A stretch of DNA of 64,000 nt from Podarcis cretensis (GCA_951804945.1 OX638154.1:52514001-52578000), one strand, 5' to 3'; numbered from the stretch's first letter, positions 35,361-49,480 are shown. Notes: generated by a model from the letters alone, not told the origin. Program-made: numbers and translations.

Positions 35361-38300
35361 TGTAAGTGTGGAATGATTCCCTCTTGAAGACAGAAGCTAC
35401 ATGTTGCACTACAGACGTGTGCGCTCTCTTTTGCCCTAGAGCGGCTTAAGCTGTGTAAGAAGAACTACTTGCATGTGCTTTTTGGTCTTTGATACCTGTG
35501 TGCAACAGTTAAATGTGTGTGTGTGAGAGAGTGAGTGAGTGAAGTAGGGAAAACATTAATAAAAGGAGGAAAGAAGAGATGTATCATGTTCCCAATTATA
35601 TGTTTAAACTCCATATGAATATAAAACTCACTCAGATCATGCACACTGGAAGATAAAAATAGTGTAAAAAGCTGGCTTGCCAATTCAATATGTCTAGAGC
35701 ATATTGAAGATTGCATGTTGCTAACTCCTGTCAAAAACTAGTATAAAATACCTTATATTAATAATTTGACAATATTTAGAAAGAGGATATGACGGTGGGC
35801 ACATCTGTGTTTACATGTACTCACACACATTGTCTGTCTTCCTCTGTTCAGAAAGGACGTATCTTCCTTTCACTGACTTTGTTGTTAGGAGTACTGATGA
35901 ATTCCCAGATAGTAAATAGATGAACCTCATTAAAATATGCCATCTAACGGGGGCTGGGTTGGGGAGGGTTTAAGGAGGAAGTTTTAGAAACACACATTGA
36001 AAGTTGGAATAAAATCTGTGCAGATGGTTTGAAAGGTGTCAAGATACAGAACGTTTTTCTTCCTTGATTATCCATTTGTTGCCATAAAAAACATATAAAT
36101 TATTTTGAATTTATAAAGCTCTTGTGGGAACAAAACAAAAAATGACTTTTTACCCAATAGGCTAGGTAAAGTGCATATTAATGGAGACTGACCAGGTTCA
36201 GCTCTAGTCCCGAATATTGCCTCTCATCTAGTTAAAACTTTATTTTAGCAGGCAAGGGTTTTAGAGGCATTTTATTGAAACTTCGTGCATGCGTGTGAGC
36301 GAGAGAGCATTGTTGCAGCTACTTACGACCTTCAGATACCCTTGGCATGTTTAGATATTATTTCATAGGATATATATTTGTGGACATTTCAGTATTTTGG
36401 AGAAGAGTGGGGTGTATGTTCCATGTATGAAAGGTTCTTTGTTGATAGCTGATATAATGTGTCTGAGGGCTGAAATAGCTTTCTAGTGACACCACAGCTC
36501 GGAACAAAATTAGAGATATTTGCATGTATGTAAATGTGTCCTTATGGGCTTTTATAAATACCTGGTCATTGGCCCCTAAAAAGCTGTCTCCGTTTTCTTG
36601 CGCAAACAGTATATACAAACCTTTCCTGCGAAACAAGGATTCTTTTCACCACCACTCTAACATACATTGCAGATAAATGGTGGTATAGACAGGCTGGTCG
36701 GCAAAAGTGTATTGATGGAGGTAGTAAAAGCCATCAGATCAGCAAACCCTTTATGCCTCCAATAGACACCCTACAGAATTGCCGGACTGTACTGTTTATT
36801 TGTATTTTCCCAAATACTGCAATGGAATCATACCACATGACGGGTGAATAACTTTAATTGCAACACATAACATTCCTTGTGCCGCCACCAACAGACTAAA
36901 TTCCATTTTTTGTTTGTGTCTTGTAATTTCAGAGTTGGATTTCTCACTAACTGGTTCATTGATTTTAAGAAGGGGAATGCTACACAGTGGGTTTGTAGGG
37001 TGTGGTTTTTTTGTTTGTTTGATAAAAAAACACCTAAAGACAAAGCTGTCCAAGGTGTTCTACAATATAAATAACAGGGCTTGATGAAGGAAATGTGTGG
37101 CTTTCTAGAGATATAAATGTGGGAATCTCATTGTATTAATTAGATACTAAGTGATACTTCGCGTATTTATATTCCCATGAGGCTACATTCTTATCTCTGT
37201 TAATTAGTGTTGTAAATTTGGATTGATTCTCATACCCTCTTGAAAGTCGTTTAGGATTTACTTTGGTATAATAGAGTTTTGGGTTCTGGCTCCAGAATAT
37301 GTTCTGAGGTTTCACGAAATAGCCTAGTTTACGGGGTCGAACTTCAGATTTCAGTTTGGATTCAGCACTTTACCAGTGCACAATTGTACCCCAAGTCAAT
37401 GGCAGAAGTTAACGAGTGCATCATATGCCTTTAACATATTTTTGCTAATTATTATTTTGCAATCCGCTTCCTGGAGAGAGGTCCGCGGTACCTTAGCAAA
37501 TACACTTCTTTCCTCTGGATCCCTAGGGTTCCAGAAAAGTTGGAGTCTCCAGGAGTTGGGCATGATCTTAGGAGGGTTTGTTAAGGCAAATGTTTTGTCC
37601 AGGTAGCTCTGTTTAGATGTTCATTGAGCATGCTAATGACATTTATGGAACACTGCTTACACTGCATTTGTGTTGCACAGGCATCTACATGGGGTTCTTC
37701 AGACAAACGTGTCCTCATTAGTGTGGAAGTTTCCAGCTGGAGTGGATATAAACGTATCCCTGTGTGACAGATATCTATAACTCTCCTTTTAAAAACCCTC
37801 TTTATTCTTTGGCTTCTAAAATAAATTGTCCTGACTGCTCCCCACAGACTAGTTGCCGCAGTGTTTCCTCTCAGCAGGGGGAACTGGCAGAAAGGTCCGC
37901 AGCAGCACCTGGATCATGCAGAACAATTTTTTTTCCTGCTGAGCAGAACCACTTGGTTGTTGCAGTTCCCTTCCCTCTGTTCATTTTGGGGAACTCCAGA
38001 ATGCATTGTCTCCTGTATCCCTAGAGTTACTTGCAATCTCTGCCCTTAAGTTTGAGTCTACAAATGATGCTTATTTCTGTTTGAGTCACTTTTATTCTTT
38101 ATTACAGCTATTTCAAAGTTTAGCCTGTTGCAGAAGAATATTTCTGGACCTTGCTTTCCACATAATATGGAACATAGTTCTTTGTCTCTCTTTAGTTTGA
38201 AGAATCATATTTCCAGAGCCTCTTCTTGGCTCTTTGGTTCTTTCTAGCAATTTAGTACCAAGTGCCCCTGGAATGAAGCATGTAAACAAATGGCCAATCT

Positions 38301-39169
38301 AGGAGATCAGGACAGGGAATAAGGCACCATTGACTTCTTCATACTTCATTATTTTCTCACAATTTTGCGTCACAGTAGGGAGTGAACTTCTTGTTTGGGC
38401 AGCTTTTGAAAATCACTTCAGTAACTTGTAGCTTTGAAACTAATGAATGGAAACATCTGAGAGCAAATCAAAGCACTGTTCTGTTTAAATGCCAAACAGG
38501 AATTAATAATAATATATCAATTCCTGGTTTTTCTTTTCTTTTAGCATATTATGCAATGAACTCAAATTTTGCTTTAACTGTGGCTCCTTCAGCAGAGCAC
38601 GTGTTGTCCAGCTGTTTGCATACTAGGGCCTATACTAAGGGAGGGATATGCATTCTAATTATTCCATGTGCAATTTGTAGACATGATGTTTGATTGGGTT
38701 TTTTTATTTGTTTTTTTACTGCTGTATACTGCTATATCTTCAAGCCTTTCCTGTGAAATGTTTTAACTACATTAAATTAGGAGCTAGAAGGAAAACCATG
38801 TTGTGAATAGCTATTTGGGATTAGGATTACTTTCAAACATAGTGAAAACAGCTATGTTTCTAAAGAGTTTTGTGTGTGCATGTTTGTATGAGGGAGGATA
38901 CTACAGGTGAGTTTTAAATGAGTGAAAACTGGATTGTGAATACAGAAAAGATCGTCCTGACAGGTCCACTTTTGATGTCAGTTATGCCAATTAAAACTCA
39001 TGGATTTCAGTAGCATCATTCCCAATTTGTACTGGATTTCAGATTTTTCCAGATATGTACTGGTTTGTCATACCTCAGACTTCAGTGGAGCCCACAGCCA
39101 ACCTCTTTCCTACACCTTTATTTCTGCATTTTGGCTTCAGCTTTCCCTTTCTCCCCCTCAGCAAACTGT

Positions 39170-39560
39170 TGCCGTGACTCCTTGTCATTGTCCGTCTCTT
39201 TTAGTTGTATTGTTGGAATAAAGAAATGTTTGGGCCGTTAAAGTGGCGGAGAGCTGCGTGTGAGCTGCTCCAGTTCTGCCGGCTGCAGGACCATCTGGCC
39301 CTGGCTCGCATCCGCTGGTCTCCAGCTTCTCTTTCTCTTTATGTTAGCTAGGGCTATCTTGCACACTTGGAATGCCTAATCACCATGGTGAGAGGATGGG
39401 CCTTGCTGCCTGCCCCTTCCCGTCAATTGTCATGCAGAACCGATCGGGACAAGCGTTTTCTTTGCGGCAGTCGCTTGCCCGTCTTTGCCTGGCTCTTGGC
39501 AGAAGGACGGCTTTTAATTGATCATTTGTGGGGGAGGGCTGGGGTTGTTTGAGCCTCTCA
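39170..39560. promoter_or_regulatory. Candidate intronic conserved element (CpG-retaining)
   Basis: Local CpG/GC enrichment without repeat hallmarks; gtcaattgtca and ttaattgatca motifs. Confidence 0.45.
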
Positions 39561-40616
39561 AATGTTTCCCCACACAGTCTCTACCACCCGGCCAGATTTC
39601 TCATTTGTTGGGAAATGTTAGTGATTTAGCTTTTCCTTCGTCTTCCTTTTGGACTCCTGCTTGTTGCTGTTTTATGGGGAACTCTGAGGGCTTGTAACTG
39701 TGACTCCAAGGAGCACTGAGCAAGATATAAATGTTGTGTTTATCTATCCACAACTGGGAAAGCGGCACATATGGGCACTAAATGTTTATTGTCCTTCTTT
39801 CCACTGTGTGTTCATGTTTGTATTTGCATGAACGCTTATGGATTTATTATCTATGGGCAGGGTGAACTCTTAATCTATTTTGCTTCATGAACAAATCTAA
39901 CCCTTTTCACCAGTCCTAAAAACATGCCCCCAAATCTGGTGGTTGAATCCTGTAGAGATTGATTAAATGCTGAACTTGACAGAGTTTTCTGTTAGAAGAA
40001 GATTTTAAAAATATATATACAGTATATAGAAAGAAAAATTCTTTTTGGATTACGGAGCACTGGAAGTGAGGGATAACCTGTGCTGATTTTTGAGGCTTGT
40101 GCTTTTTTGTGTAATCTTTAATGCCACAGTTTCTTTTAAGTATAGAAGAAGAACTGATGACCTCGAGCGCTGGTCAGCCAAGTCAGCCCTGCAGTTAGGC
40201 AGAGTGGGCGACTTGCCTCAGACAGCAGTTTTTTGAGTACAGTGCAGCAAACTTCTCAATTGATGGTGAGGAGAGGGAACTATTTTGATTTTTTGCCTCA
40301 GGTAGCAAATTGTATTGGGGTGATGGGATGGTTTTATTTATTTTTAAAATATTATTTCAAACTGCAGATTTTGTCATAGGCTATGATTGTGCCATTTGCC
40401 CCTGAAATTTAAGAGCATTCAAACAGGTATTTATACCAATAAACAAATATTTGGCTGCAGTACAGAATATATCTCTTCAGCTATATGTTTGAATCTACAC
40501 TTAGCTACTGCTATTAAAATAAAACGAGCAAGTGAATGACATGGAAGCCGTTCATCTTGGAACCCTTTTCCTGCTTTGTAATGTACTAATATTTTTATTT
40601 AGTAGCATGTACATTT

Positions 40617-40699
40617 TGCAGCACAGTCCTATTCAGAAGTAAGCCCCATTGGCTCCAATGGGCCTTACTCCCAAATTAAGCCAGTATAGGATTGCAGCC
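40617..40699. mobile_element. Short (~80 bp) palindromic squamate interspersed repeat; related copies at ~1940-2011, ~41746-41815 and ~60160-60245
   Basis: Shared caatccta...gtaag.ccca...tggg.cttac...taggattg architecture. Confidence 0.7.
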
Positions 40700-43029
40700 T
40701 CTGTCACCTTAAGCAAACATCCATGGTAATTACAAGGATTTCTCTCGATTCATTTATCCCTAAAGACTATGGGTAAATGTAATACTATAAAATCTGTGTA
40801 AAAGTTAGTTAGAATAAACAAAACAGAGATCCTTTTGAGAAGACCAGTTAACAATGCAGTAAATGCACACTTGTTACTTAATCGTTGCAGGGTGGCTAGG
40901 TACCTTTCCTCAAGGAAGCATTTCTGTTGCTGGGATATCACATTTCGCCAGCATTTAAATGCAGTTTTGTCACAGGGAAAGCATCCTGCTCTCCTCATGT
41001 AGTGTATCTACGGCAATGGTGAATTTTATGTGAAATGGGATTGCGGGATTGCTTGATATTTATTGGACAGAGCTGATGACATTCTTAGTGGTGAGTGTCG
41101 CAGTTTCCAGACCCATTTGAAAACATAAACAAAGAACAGCAGAACTATACTTGCATCATCTCTTAAGTGAACACAAAATATAATGTTACTGGTAGAAATG
41201 TAGTTGCTGTATCATTATGGATTCACAGTATAAAAAATCTGAAAAGACTCGGATAGCTAGCAGAGCACTATTCTATCCATAAATGAGGGGCTGTTTGCAT
41301 ATTATGGTTGCCGCATAGATACCACTTTGAAATGCTCTGCATAGTGAACTATTTGTGTGCAGTGGCTTGTCAGGTGGGTTTGGTGAATTTTAGTACCACG
41401 AGCATCTGAGGTCTGCTCATAGTGAGCCATGGATAGTCCACTCTTTGGTAATAGCTGCCATTCAGTAATAAGAAAACAATAATGATACGGTTTCTTAATA
41501 TAGCAACCCCTTTCTATATTCTATTAACAAAATGGAATGTAAAATGTGAACATTGCCTTGGGTGCCTCATGGCGGGGTATAATTTATAAATATTAGGAAT
41601 AACAAATAAATAACAGATGTATGCAGAAGACTTAAGTTAAATAGTTGTCTCCCGATGGCTGACTATCCCTGCTCTGCACACATAGTGCAAGGAAGTGTGA
41701 GACAATAAAGAGATGAAGCAACATTTTATTTAGGAAGATTGCTAATGCCACAATCCTGTGCACACCTACTTGGGAGTAAGAGCTACATTGGTATATATGT
41801 ACAGGATCATGCTGTAAGGTTTTTTGAGACAAAAGGTGTAAATCTATTATTTTTCTATTAATGTTCCTGTGGAAAGCAGGTGTGTGTTTTTTTAACCTCA
41901 AATTTCGCAATCTTTTGTCTGCTGCCATGTTTGTACGTATCATAGCTAATGAACTTTGCCCTCGCCATATTATTCAGAAGAGAAAAGTCACCTGAAGGTT
42001 TTACAACTGGATTTTTTGTTGTTGAAAACCCTGGTGACATCATTTCTACAGTGTGAAATTACATCATTACAGTTGTGTACTTACTGTGAAAGAAAAGTGT
42101 GTGTCAGATGGATCTGCCCTGGATGTTAAGTTTAACTAATCACTGTAACACATGTAATTCACAGAGATTTCAGTCGATGAACATCTTACTCTGGCGTATT
42201 CCTATAGACTGCAATAGAACTTCATTGAGAATATGCTGGTGTAAGTAGTTTGTGGATTGTTATAATTACATATTTCAAGTTAACAGCAAGTTCGGTTCTC
42301 CTCCTCCTTCTGAATACTGAAGTATTTACCGTGCTAATGCTGTGGGCTAGTGTCGATAGCTGCTGCTTCATGAGCTGAATACTTTACTCAACAAGAGTTT
42401 AATGATGTTAATTTGGCATCTTTATCAGATCTTTTAAAATGAAGAAACAGTTTGCAGCCTCCACGCCTCAAGCCTTGTAGTCACTGAAATGTTTCTGTGG
42501 CAGGAACTGGCTACATTTTGAATTTTGACAAATGCTGATGGCTTGTGTGGAATGCAAACAGTGATTTAGATAACATTTGCTTTTATACTGGACCTGCAAC
42601 AGTGCCTATAACCTGAAGCTGGGGAAAGGCCCAGGGCATTTGGGACATGATGTGACAAGGACTAAGTATGCTTCTGCAAGAGGTGTGCATATATGTGATA
42701 ACGATGTACACATTGACCCATATGAGGCGCATTAAAATATTTAGAATGCTAATGTTTTTAGAAATGCCCTTCTCACCATTTTCTACTGCAGTAGAAGATC
42801 CCACCCTCAGAAGACCTCTGATGTGATGTTTATTCATGGCGAAAAAGCCAAGTGGCAGCTGTTGATGCACTGTGTTAACAAGCATGACAATTTGCAGGAA
42901 AAATGCATGCATACCAGATAATTTGCATTAAATAGTTACATTTCTAGGCACCCAATCTTTTGAATTAAAAATGGGTGGTATTCAAGTAGGTTTTACTCAG
43001 AGTAGACCCACTGAAATTAATGTGGCTAA

Positions 43030-43230
43030 ATGTGGAATGCCCTCCCATCAGATGCCAAGGAAATAAACAACTATCTGACTTTTAGAAGACCTCTGAAGGC
43101 AGCCCTGTTTAGGGAAGTTTTTAATGACTGATGTTTTAATGTATTTTTAATATTTTGTTGGAAGCCACCAAGAGTGGCTGGGGAAACCCAACCAGATAGG
43201 CAGGGTATAAATAAATCATTATTATTAATT
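43030..43230 (+). mobile_element. L2 3' end nested in a short palindromic element (~42973-43290)
   Basis: Clearly similar to 22420-22600; the flanks tattcaagtaggttttactcagagtagacc...gaaattaat and attaatttc...ggtctcctgaataaaagttagttgaata are inverted. Confidence 0.82.
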
Positions 43231-44193
43231 TTATTAAATTAGGTCAATTAATTTCAAAAGGTCTCCTGAATAAAAGTTAGTTGAATAATAGCTGGTGGAT
43301 TTCAACATCACAGGTAATATGAACTATATTTGCAAATCTGTTTTTAAAAGCCAAGACAAAAGCCTGTTCTCCATGCCATTTTGAATGTGTTGTTAAAGGT
43401 TTTCTGCTGGGCATTATGTAATGGTCTTTTATAGTTTAGGCTGCTCCCATTTACTAACCTGCCAGTGGCCTTTTCCTGCTCCTTTTTATAGGAGCTGATA
43501 AGAGTCTAGAACCAAATAAAGCAGGCGTGCTTGTGGCCTCCAATGAGCTTTAATTCCTCAAAGTAAGGAGATGCAGAGGCCATGTTCCTGATGATTGATA
43601 GTTTGCGAGGATGGCAAGGACTGGATAATTTATTTGATATTGTGCTGCATCTTCTCCTTTCTTCTGTCACAGAAGCACACAGCTGGTTACTGAGATGGGA
43701 CACTTCCATCTATGGGGCAGGAAGAAGCATTGGCAGTAGTGATGTTGTATATAGGTGAACTATTTGCCTATCTTTTTACTGCTGTTTCCTCCTGTTACTG
43801 CTGGGCAGGAAGATAGCCTGTAGCTGTGTGCTTGAGATGGAAGCTACACAACCTCTTCTTGTCTCAAGGCTTTGAGGTGCTTCATTTTCCAGTAGGAGAT
43901 GATTGGCAATGCAGCAAATGGCAGGAGCAGAGTAGCCAGCCAGGAACTGTAACATATACTACTCGATATTCTAGAACCACACATTTTTAATGCGTGTTTG
44001 TCTTTTCCCTTATTCTCATTCCATTTGACTATATAGATATAGAAGTACTAGATTTTATTGGTGCCAAAGTCAGGTTGTGCACAACCCAGTATGTCAGATG
44101 ACCAGATGAGGTAACAACCCTTCCATTTGCAAGGGGAAATGACAAGTAACAACTGGTTGGTTAAAACTTATATCTCATCTACATCAGATTTGG

Positions 44194-44294
44194 TCATTGC
44201 CTGTTAGAGAAGATAAACATTTATGAATGATAAATATGATTTCTGTTTTTTATTGCTTCATTCATAAATGTTTATCTTCTCTAACAGGCAATGA
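44194..44294. repeat. Perfect 37-bp inverted repeat with a 27-nt spacer
   Basis: 44194-44230 tcattgcctgttagagaagataaacatttatgaatga is the exact reverse complement of 44258-44294. Confidence 0.97.
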
Positions 44295-45999
44295 TTGTTA
44301 GCACCTTTTCCCTTCATTTAAATACATTCCATTTTCAGTCTGAAATTTGTGAAAATGCTATTTTCTCTTGCCTCACCTGAGCCCCTATGCAGCTCTGTGG
44401 AATGGTCATTTCCTTCTTATTTATGCTTCTAAGTTGCATAGAAGGATCAAGACTAGTATTGTTTTGACCGCTTATGCTCTGTTTGGCTTTGTCCAGGCTT
44501 TCCAGGATAGTGTAGGGTATCCTCTCAAGTTTTCATTTCTGTTTTGAAAGATAAAGCTGAAGGCCCCTTTTTTGTTTACCAGTCACTGTACAAAGTAGAT
44601 GCTGACAGTGATAATAATGTTTACTTGCATTTGTTATAACTAGGACTGGAAATACTTTGCATACATCAGTCTTTTATAAAACTTCCACCCTGCACGGAGC
44701 TGGTTTTATTTTCTATTTTTAAAAATATTTCAATGTGCTGGTATCAAACTTTCTAGGTACCCAGGCAACAGGTTCCTGAGATTTGTCCAGCCCTGCTCAC
44801 AACTCAAAGGAAGCAGCAAAAACAGGCAGACTGTGGTATTTCTTTATACTTTACATGATTTCTGCAGATTTAATGGCTGTTGGATGATTTCATGGCTTAA
44901 CATGAAGTTCCCTGGACATAGCACTGTACTAGATGGTCCACTGATCTGCTCCCACTTATACAGAAGTAAGAAAGCAGTTGTGTTTTGCCTCGTTGCAGAA
45001 ATTGTCTGATTAAGTACAGTACAGAATGTGGAAACTTAAAAGCACTTTGCTTTCTAAGAAAATAGCCAATTAGGCTATAGCTAAAATTGATTCCTGTTTG
45101 GAAAGAGTAGATTAATTTATCAAATGGTAGGGTCATTTCAAGTTTGGGGTTGGAAGTGAAAGACGTTACTATGGTTTTACAAGTTAGATGATCCACAAAG
45201 GCTGTAGTAGTTATGGAGTTTTGAATGCAGGGGGAAAAAACTGAAACAAAGGAAGCAGACGCAAGAGACATTTTTGCTGGGGTAATGCTGGAAGCTGTGA
45301 GGAATCCACTGCATTCCTGGAGGCAAAGCGAAGAATCCAGTTTCCTTCCTATACCATAAAATCTCTTTTTCGTCTTTAAAAGAAAACCTTGAAACAACAA
45401 GACTGGCTGCCTTAGCTTCCTTCCTGACACACCCAACCATGTGATCCTTCTGTATATTCTTGCTTTAATCATGGCTGACTGATTAACAGACCAAATTGAA
45501 CCTGATCAAAAGGTGAAATAGGCAGTTAACCCTTCTGTCTAATTTAAGTGGGTTACTTTCTGCTTTGCTTGCCTTTAGCCCTTCATTCCCTAACATGTAG
45601 CACAACCCATGCCTCTGTTCGGAAGAAATTCCTGTTTATACTTCTGCTATGACCCTCGGCACCTGAGAGTCAGTAAGAAGTGGCTTGTATAGATTTGGTT
45701 TGTGCTCTTTGTTTGGGTTCAGTTTTTCTTTTTCTTCTTAATACTCTAACTAGCAAAGGATTTTAATACTATCTCCTTCTCTTCTTTGTACATGATACAT
45801 TTTAGGTCCCGATAAAAAAGCAACAGCCCCTTGCATAGAAACCTGTTGTCGTGGTGCTCAATTTTCTCTGCAACAGTAACATAAGAATTCTCTCTTCCAG
45901 CTCTTTCAGCCAAACAACATATCTCCTCAAACCAAGGTTTATTACATGGGATGAATGCAGTTGTTCTCAACACGCAAGCATAAACACCTATTTAATAGA

Positions 46000-46115
46000 A
46001 ACAGTCATAGAGTTGGAAAGGATCCTAAGGATCATCTAGTCCAGCCCCCTGCAATGCAGGCATATGCAGCTGTTCCTTAATGGGGAATCAAACCTTTGAT
46101 CTTGGGTTTCTCAAG
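46000..46115 (-). mobile_element. tRNA-derived SINE with CR1 tail, older copy
   Basis: tcatagagttggaaaggatcc...catctagtccagccccctgcaatgcagg...ggggaatcaaacc is the reverse of the 11722-12313 family tail plus a B box. Confidence 0.75.
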
Positions 46116-48759
46116 CTGCATCTTTGTGGTTCCATACAATTGTTTATATGTGGATAGATATGTTTTGCTGGGTGGGATGGTGAGTGGTGAATATGTGTGA
46201 CTGGATAGATGAATTGAAGTGGTGTGTGTATTTGTGTGTGAAAGAGAGGGGAGTGTGTGAGAGTTGACTCTGGCCCTGCCCACCATTGGCATTCTCCCAA
46301 AAGTTTACTCTCAAGGAAATGCAGCCATTGGTGGGGGGGAAATGTTCCCCAGTCCTGATCTAGTGCTTCACTTCAATTCTATCTCCTTTTCTCTCTATCT
46401 GGCCAAAGCAGACATGATGTAGAAGATTCACCATGGGATTGCCATGGGATTTTTGGTGTGAGTTAATTTTAAAGCAGCCATAGTGTTGATCACAGTAGTA
46501 GTGTTTGGTAGGAGGAGATGTTCAGCCTTTTCCCTCCATGCAGTTTTTCTGATCTAAACTCCCTCCACTTGTCCCTTACTACCACCAGTATAGGGAAAAA
46601 ATATAGGTACAGTATACGCACCTTTATAATAGGTTATGTAAATTAGGGAAATGGTATGGAGAAAAAAGGTTTTTTAAAACAACAAAAAACCTTTGCTGCT
46701 ATCACAGCTCCAATAAATATCAGGACACTGACACACACACTTTAAAATAAACAAAAATCTTGGGAGATCTACTTGTAGATCTCCTGTGACACATCTATTC
46801 TGGCCCTAAGCTAGCTTTGCTAGCTGTGATACTTCATCTTTTCTTGGTGAAAAATTATAAAACTTTGATCCTTCATGAAATTTGGGAAATATGCAAGTTT
46901 GGGTATCTTACAATAATTGGCAAGGCCTTTCCCCCAACAGTGTCAATTATGCAAGTATCTCCTCCTGTTAAAAGAAATTATTTCCTCCTTCCTTTTTTTG
47001 TATTGTGCAGGTCATAATTTCATAGATCAGAGTTGGGAATTACTCTTTCATTCTTAAAAATTACCTTTGTGGACCACATGATGGAGCAGGAAACCCTTCT
47101 GGTCATGACCCAAAACAGCACTATACAGGTGCACATTTATTGTTTTTGTGGATTGAAACCTGGTGGTGTTTATCATTACATTTTAGTATTCATCATTACT
47201 GACTACCTTTAACTTTAGCTATCCAAGCAGTAACAAAGTTCCCTTATTTTTTTGAGTGGTGTCCAATGATGCCTCACCTGTATCATGAGAACTTGAATGA
47301 TGACAGCAAGAGTCAGGGCTGAAGAATTTAGGAACAAGGAAGCAGCCTTATACTGTACTAGATAAAATTGTCCATCTACCCCAATAGTCTCTTCTGGCTG
47401 GCAGCATCTTTCAGGCAGGAGTCTTTCACATTCCCTGTTTCCCTGATCTCATAGATGTGGCTGTTGAAACTGTTTCTGCTGTGAATTCTCCAAAGCTCTC
47501 TGGGGGTCTAAAGCCTCTTCTAAGTTCTCAGCAGCTGGCAAAATATTTATTTTTGGGTACGTACAAATATCCTAATTTGAGGCAGTGTAGGATGTTCAGA
47601 GCGAGGTGGAAATGTTTTCACTTAACTGTTTGATGTTGCAAGATATTTCATTCTCCATCATGCCAGCGTGTGGGTGTCTAACATTCTGGGCTTGTACAAT
47701 TTTCTTACTGTGATCAACCCTGTAGTTTGACAATGATTTTTCCAACAGGTAAGTCACAAGAGGCTTAGCAGTTTCTTTCTCTTCAGGAGGGACACTATTG
47801 CTTTGTGATTTTCCTGGAGTCTGTGAAATGTGTCTACAATGTCCAATGGTGAGTGGAGCATTCAGAAGGATGTATGATTAAAAAAAAATCCATGGAAGCA
47901 GGGACTTTGATAAATCTGCAAGCAAGTTTTCGAAGATTCAAACTTCTCTTCTGTCATGATAAATAATCTCAAAGGCACAAAACATGTTTCCAGATAGCAC
48001 TGGTTGTCTGTCTGAAGAGGGGTATATAGATAAGATTTAGCAGAGCACAGATTATTTTACTTAACACCTACTTTCAATAAAATATTGGGTAACTTTCTTT
48101 CTCTTCTAAGTGAATGTCTGTGTGTCTGTTTTTTTCCTGATCTCTATGTGCAAATTATATATAGTTTGCCACTAAATATTGTAAAACATTTTCCTGGTTC
48201 TGAAATGCATATTTTAAAATGATAAAAAGGCAACTGGGAGGTGGTGGGATAGAATCTCAAGCACCTAATAGGCTTATCACTAACACATAGGTGGGCTTTG
48301 CTATACCTAAACCACTGCTTTCTGACCCTTATTCAGCTTACTCTTGCAGCCATCAAAGAAAGGAGACTCTATAATTTCCTTGTGTTACTTTTTTATCCCT
48401 TATCTGTTACAGGAAATGTTTCCTAATATCTTATCTACTTGATCTAAATTCCCCATCACCACCGGTAGAGTTTTGGAATCACCTGTTGGTATTGGCCTGT
48501 ACCTGTTGGTATTGGCCTGCCACACATTTGTAGCTATTTTTCTTTATTTTCTTCTAGGTTTGTATCTTGCCTTATCGCTGAGGTCTCAAGCTGGCAAACA
48601 AAAACGAATATTAAAAACAACCAGGAGAAATAACAATAAAAACAGATGCCATCAAAAGGACAAAAGGACACTTGAGATTGTGCTGGGCACCTAAAAGAGT
48701 ATAATGCCAGCAGTTGATGAACACAATATGAGAAAAAGGTTGAAATTTTGAGTCCCATC

Positions 48760-49480
48760 CCAGAAAAGACCCTGTCTCATTTCTGGTAGCTGTGGACTGA
48801 ACTTCATGTGGCAGAAGCACTTGGACGGACAGGCTTATATAGGAGAAGATAGTCCTTCAGCTACTCAGATTCTAGGCTGATCAAGGCTTTAAATGCCCAA
48901 ACCATCATGTTGAATAGTACTTGGAAGCAGACTAGTAGACACTAGCATAGTACTTTACTTCACTTCACTTCACTTCACTTAGCATAGGTAGTGTCCTTCA
49001 TCTGTTAGGATCACAGTTTGGTATACAAAATTCATTTTAAAATGACAACGAACCTAATCTTAAAAATAAACCAATGACTGCAACCAAATGGTTAAAACAA
49101 CAATCCAGTGACTATATTTCTGCAGCAAACCGAACATTTCAGTTTCAGCTAGTATCATCAAACAGCTCAACTCAATATCCTTCCATGTTCATCCCAGCCT
49201 AGATGCAAAGGTAAGTTTCAAGGCAATGATGAAGCCTCACAAATAAAATATGCCATAAGTGCCTCCAGGGAGTTGCATGTTCATAGTGAATGTTGCCAGT
49301 TAACAATTTGGCCTTCACATTTTGATCCTGGTGTAATTTCTGTACTGTCTTCAAAGTCGGCTCCATGTGCAGTTCATTACAGTAATCTATCTTGGATATA
49401 ACTAGGCCATGGATTACTGTATCTAGATATTTTTTCTTCAGAGAGAGATGTAGGCTGTATGCTATGCTGACACTGGTAAA
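48760..49480 (-). mobile_element. Ancient L2 LINE remnant
   Basis: Minus strand near 49370-49408 translates LVISKIDYCNEL (L2 'SRLDYCN' motif); further decayed L2-like sequence at 48850-48940. Confidence 0.55.

Noticed and set aside
44897-45472. 191-aa minus-strand ORF
   Set aside because: Composition typical of translated AT-rich intron, no homology recognised and no promoter context.
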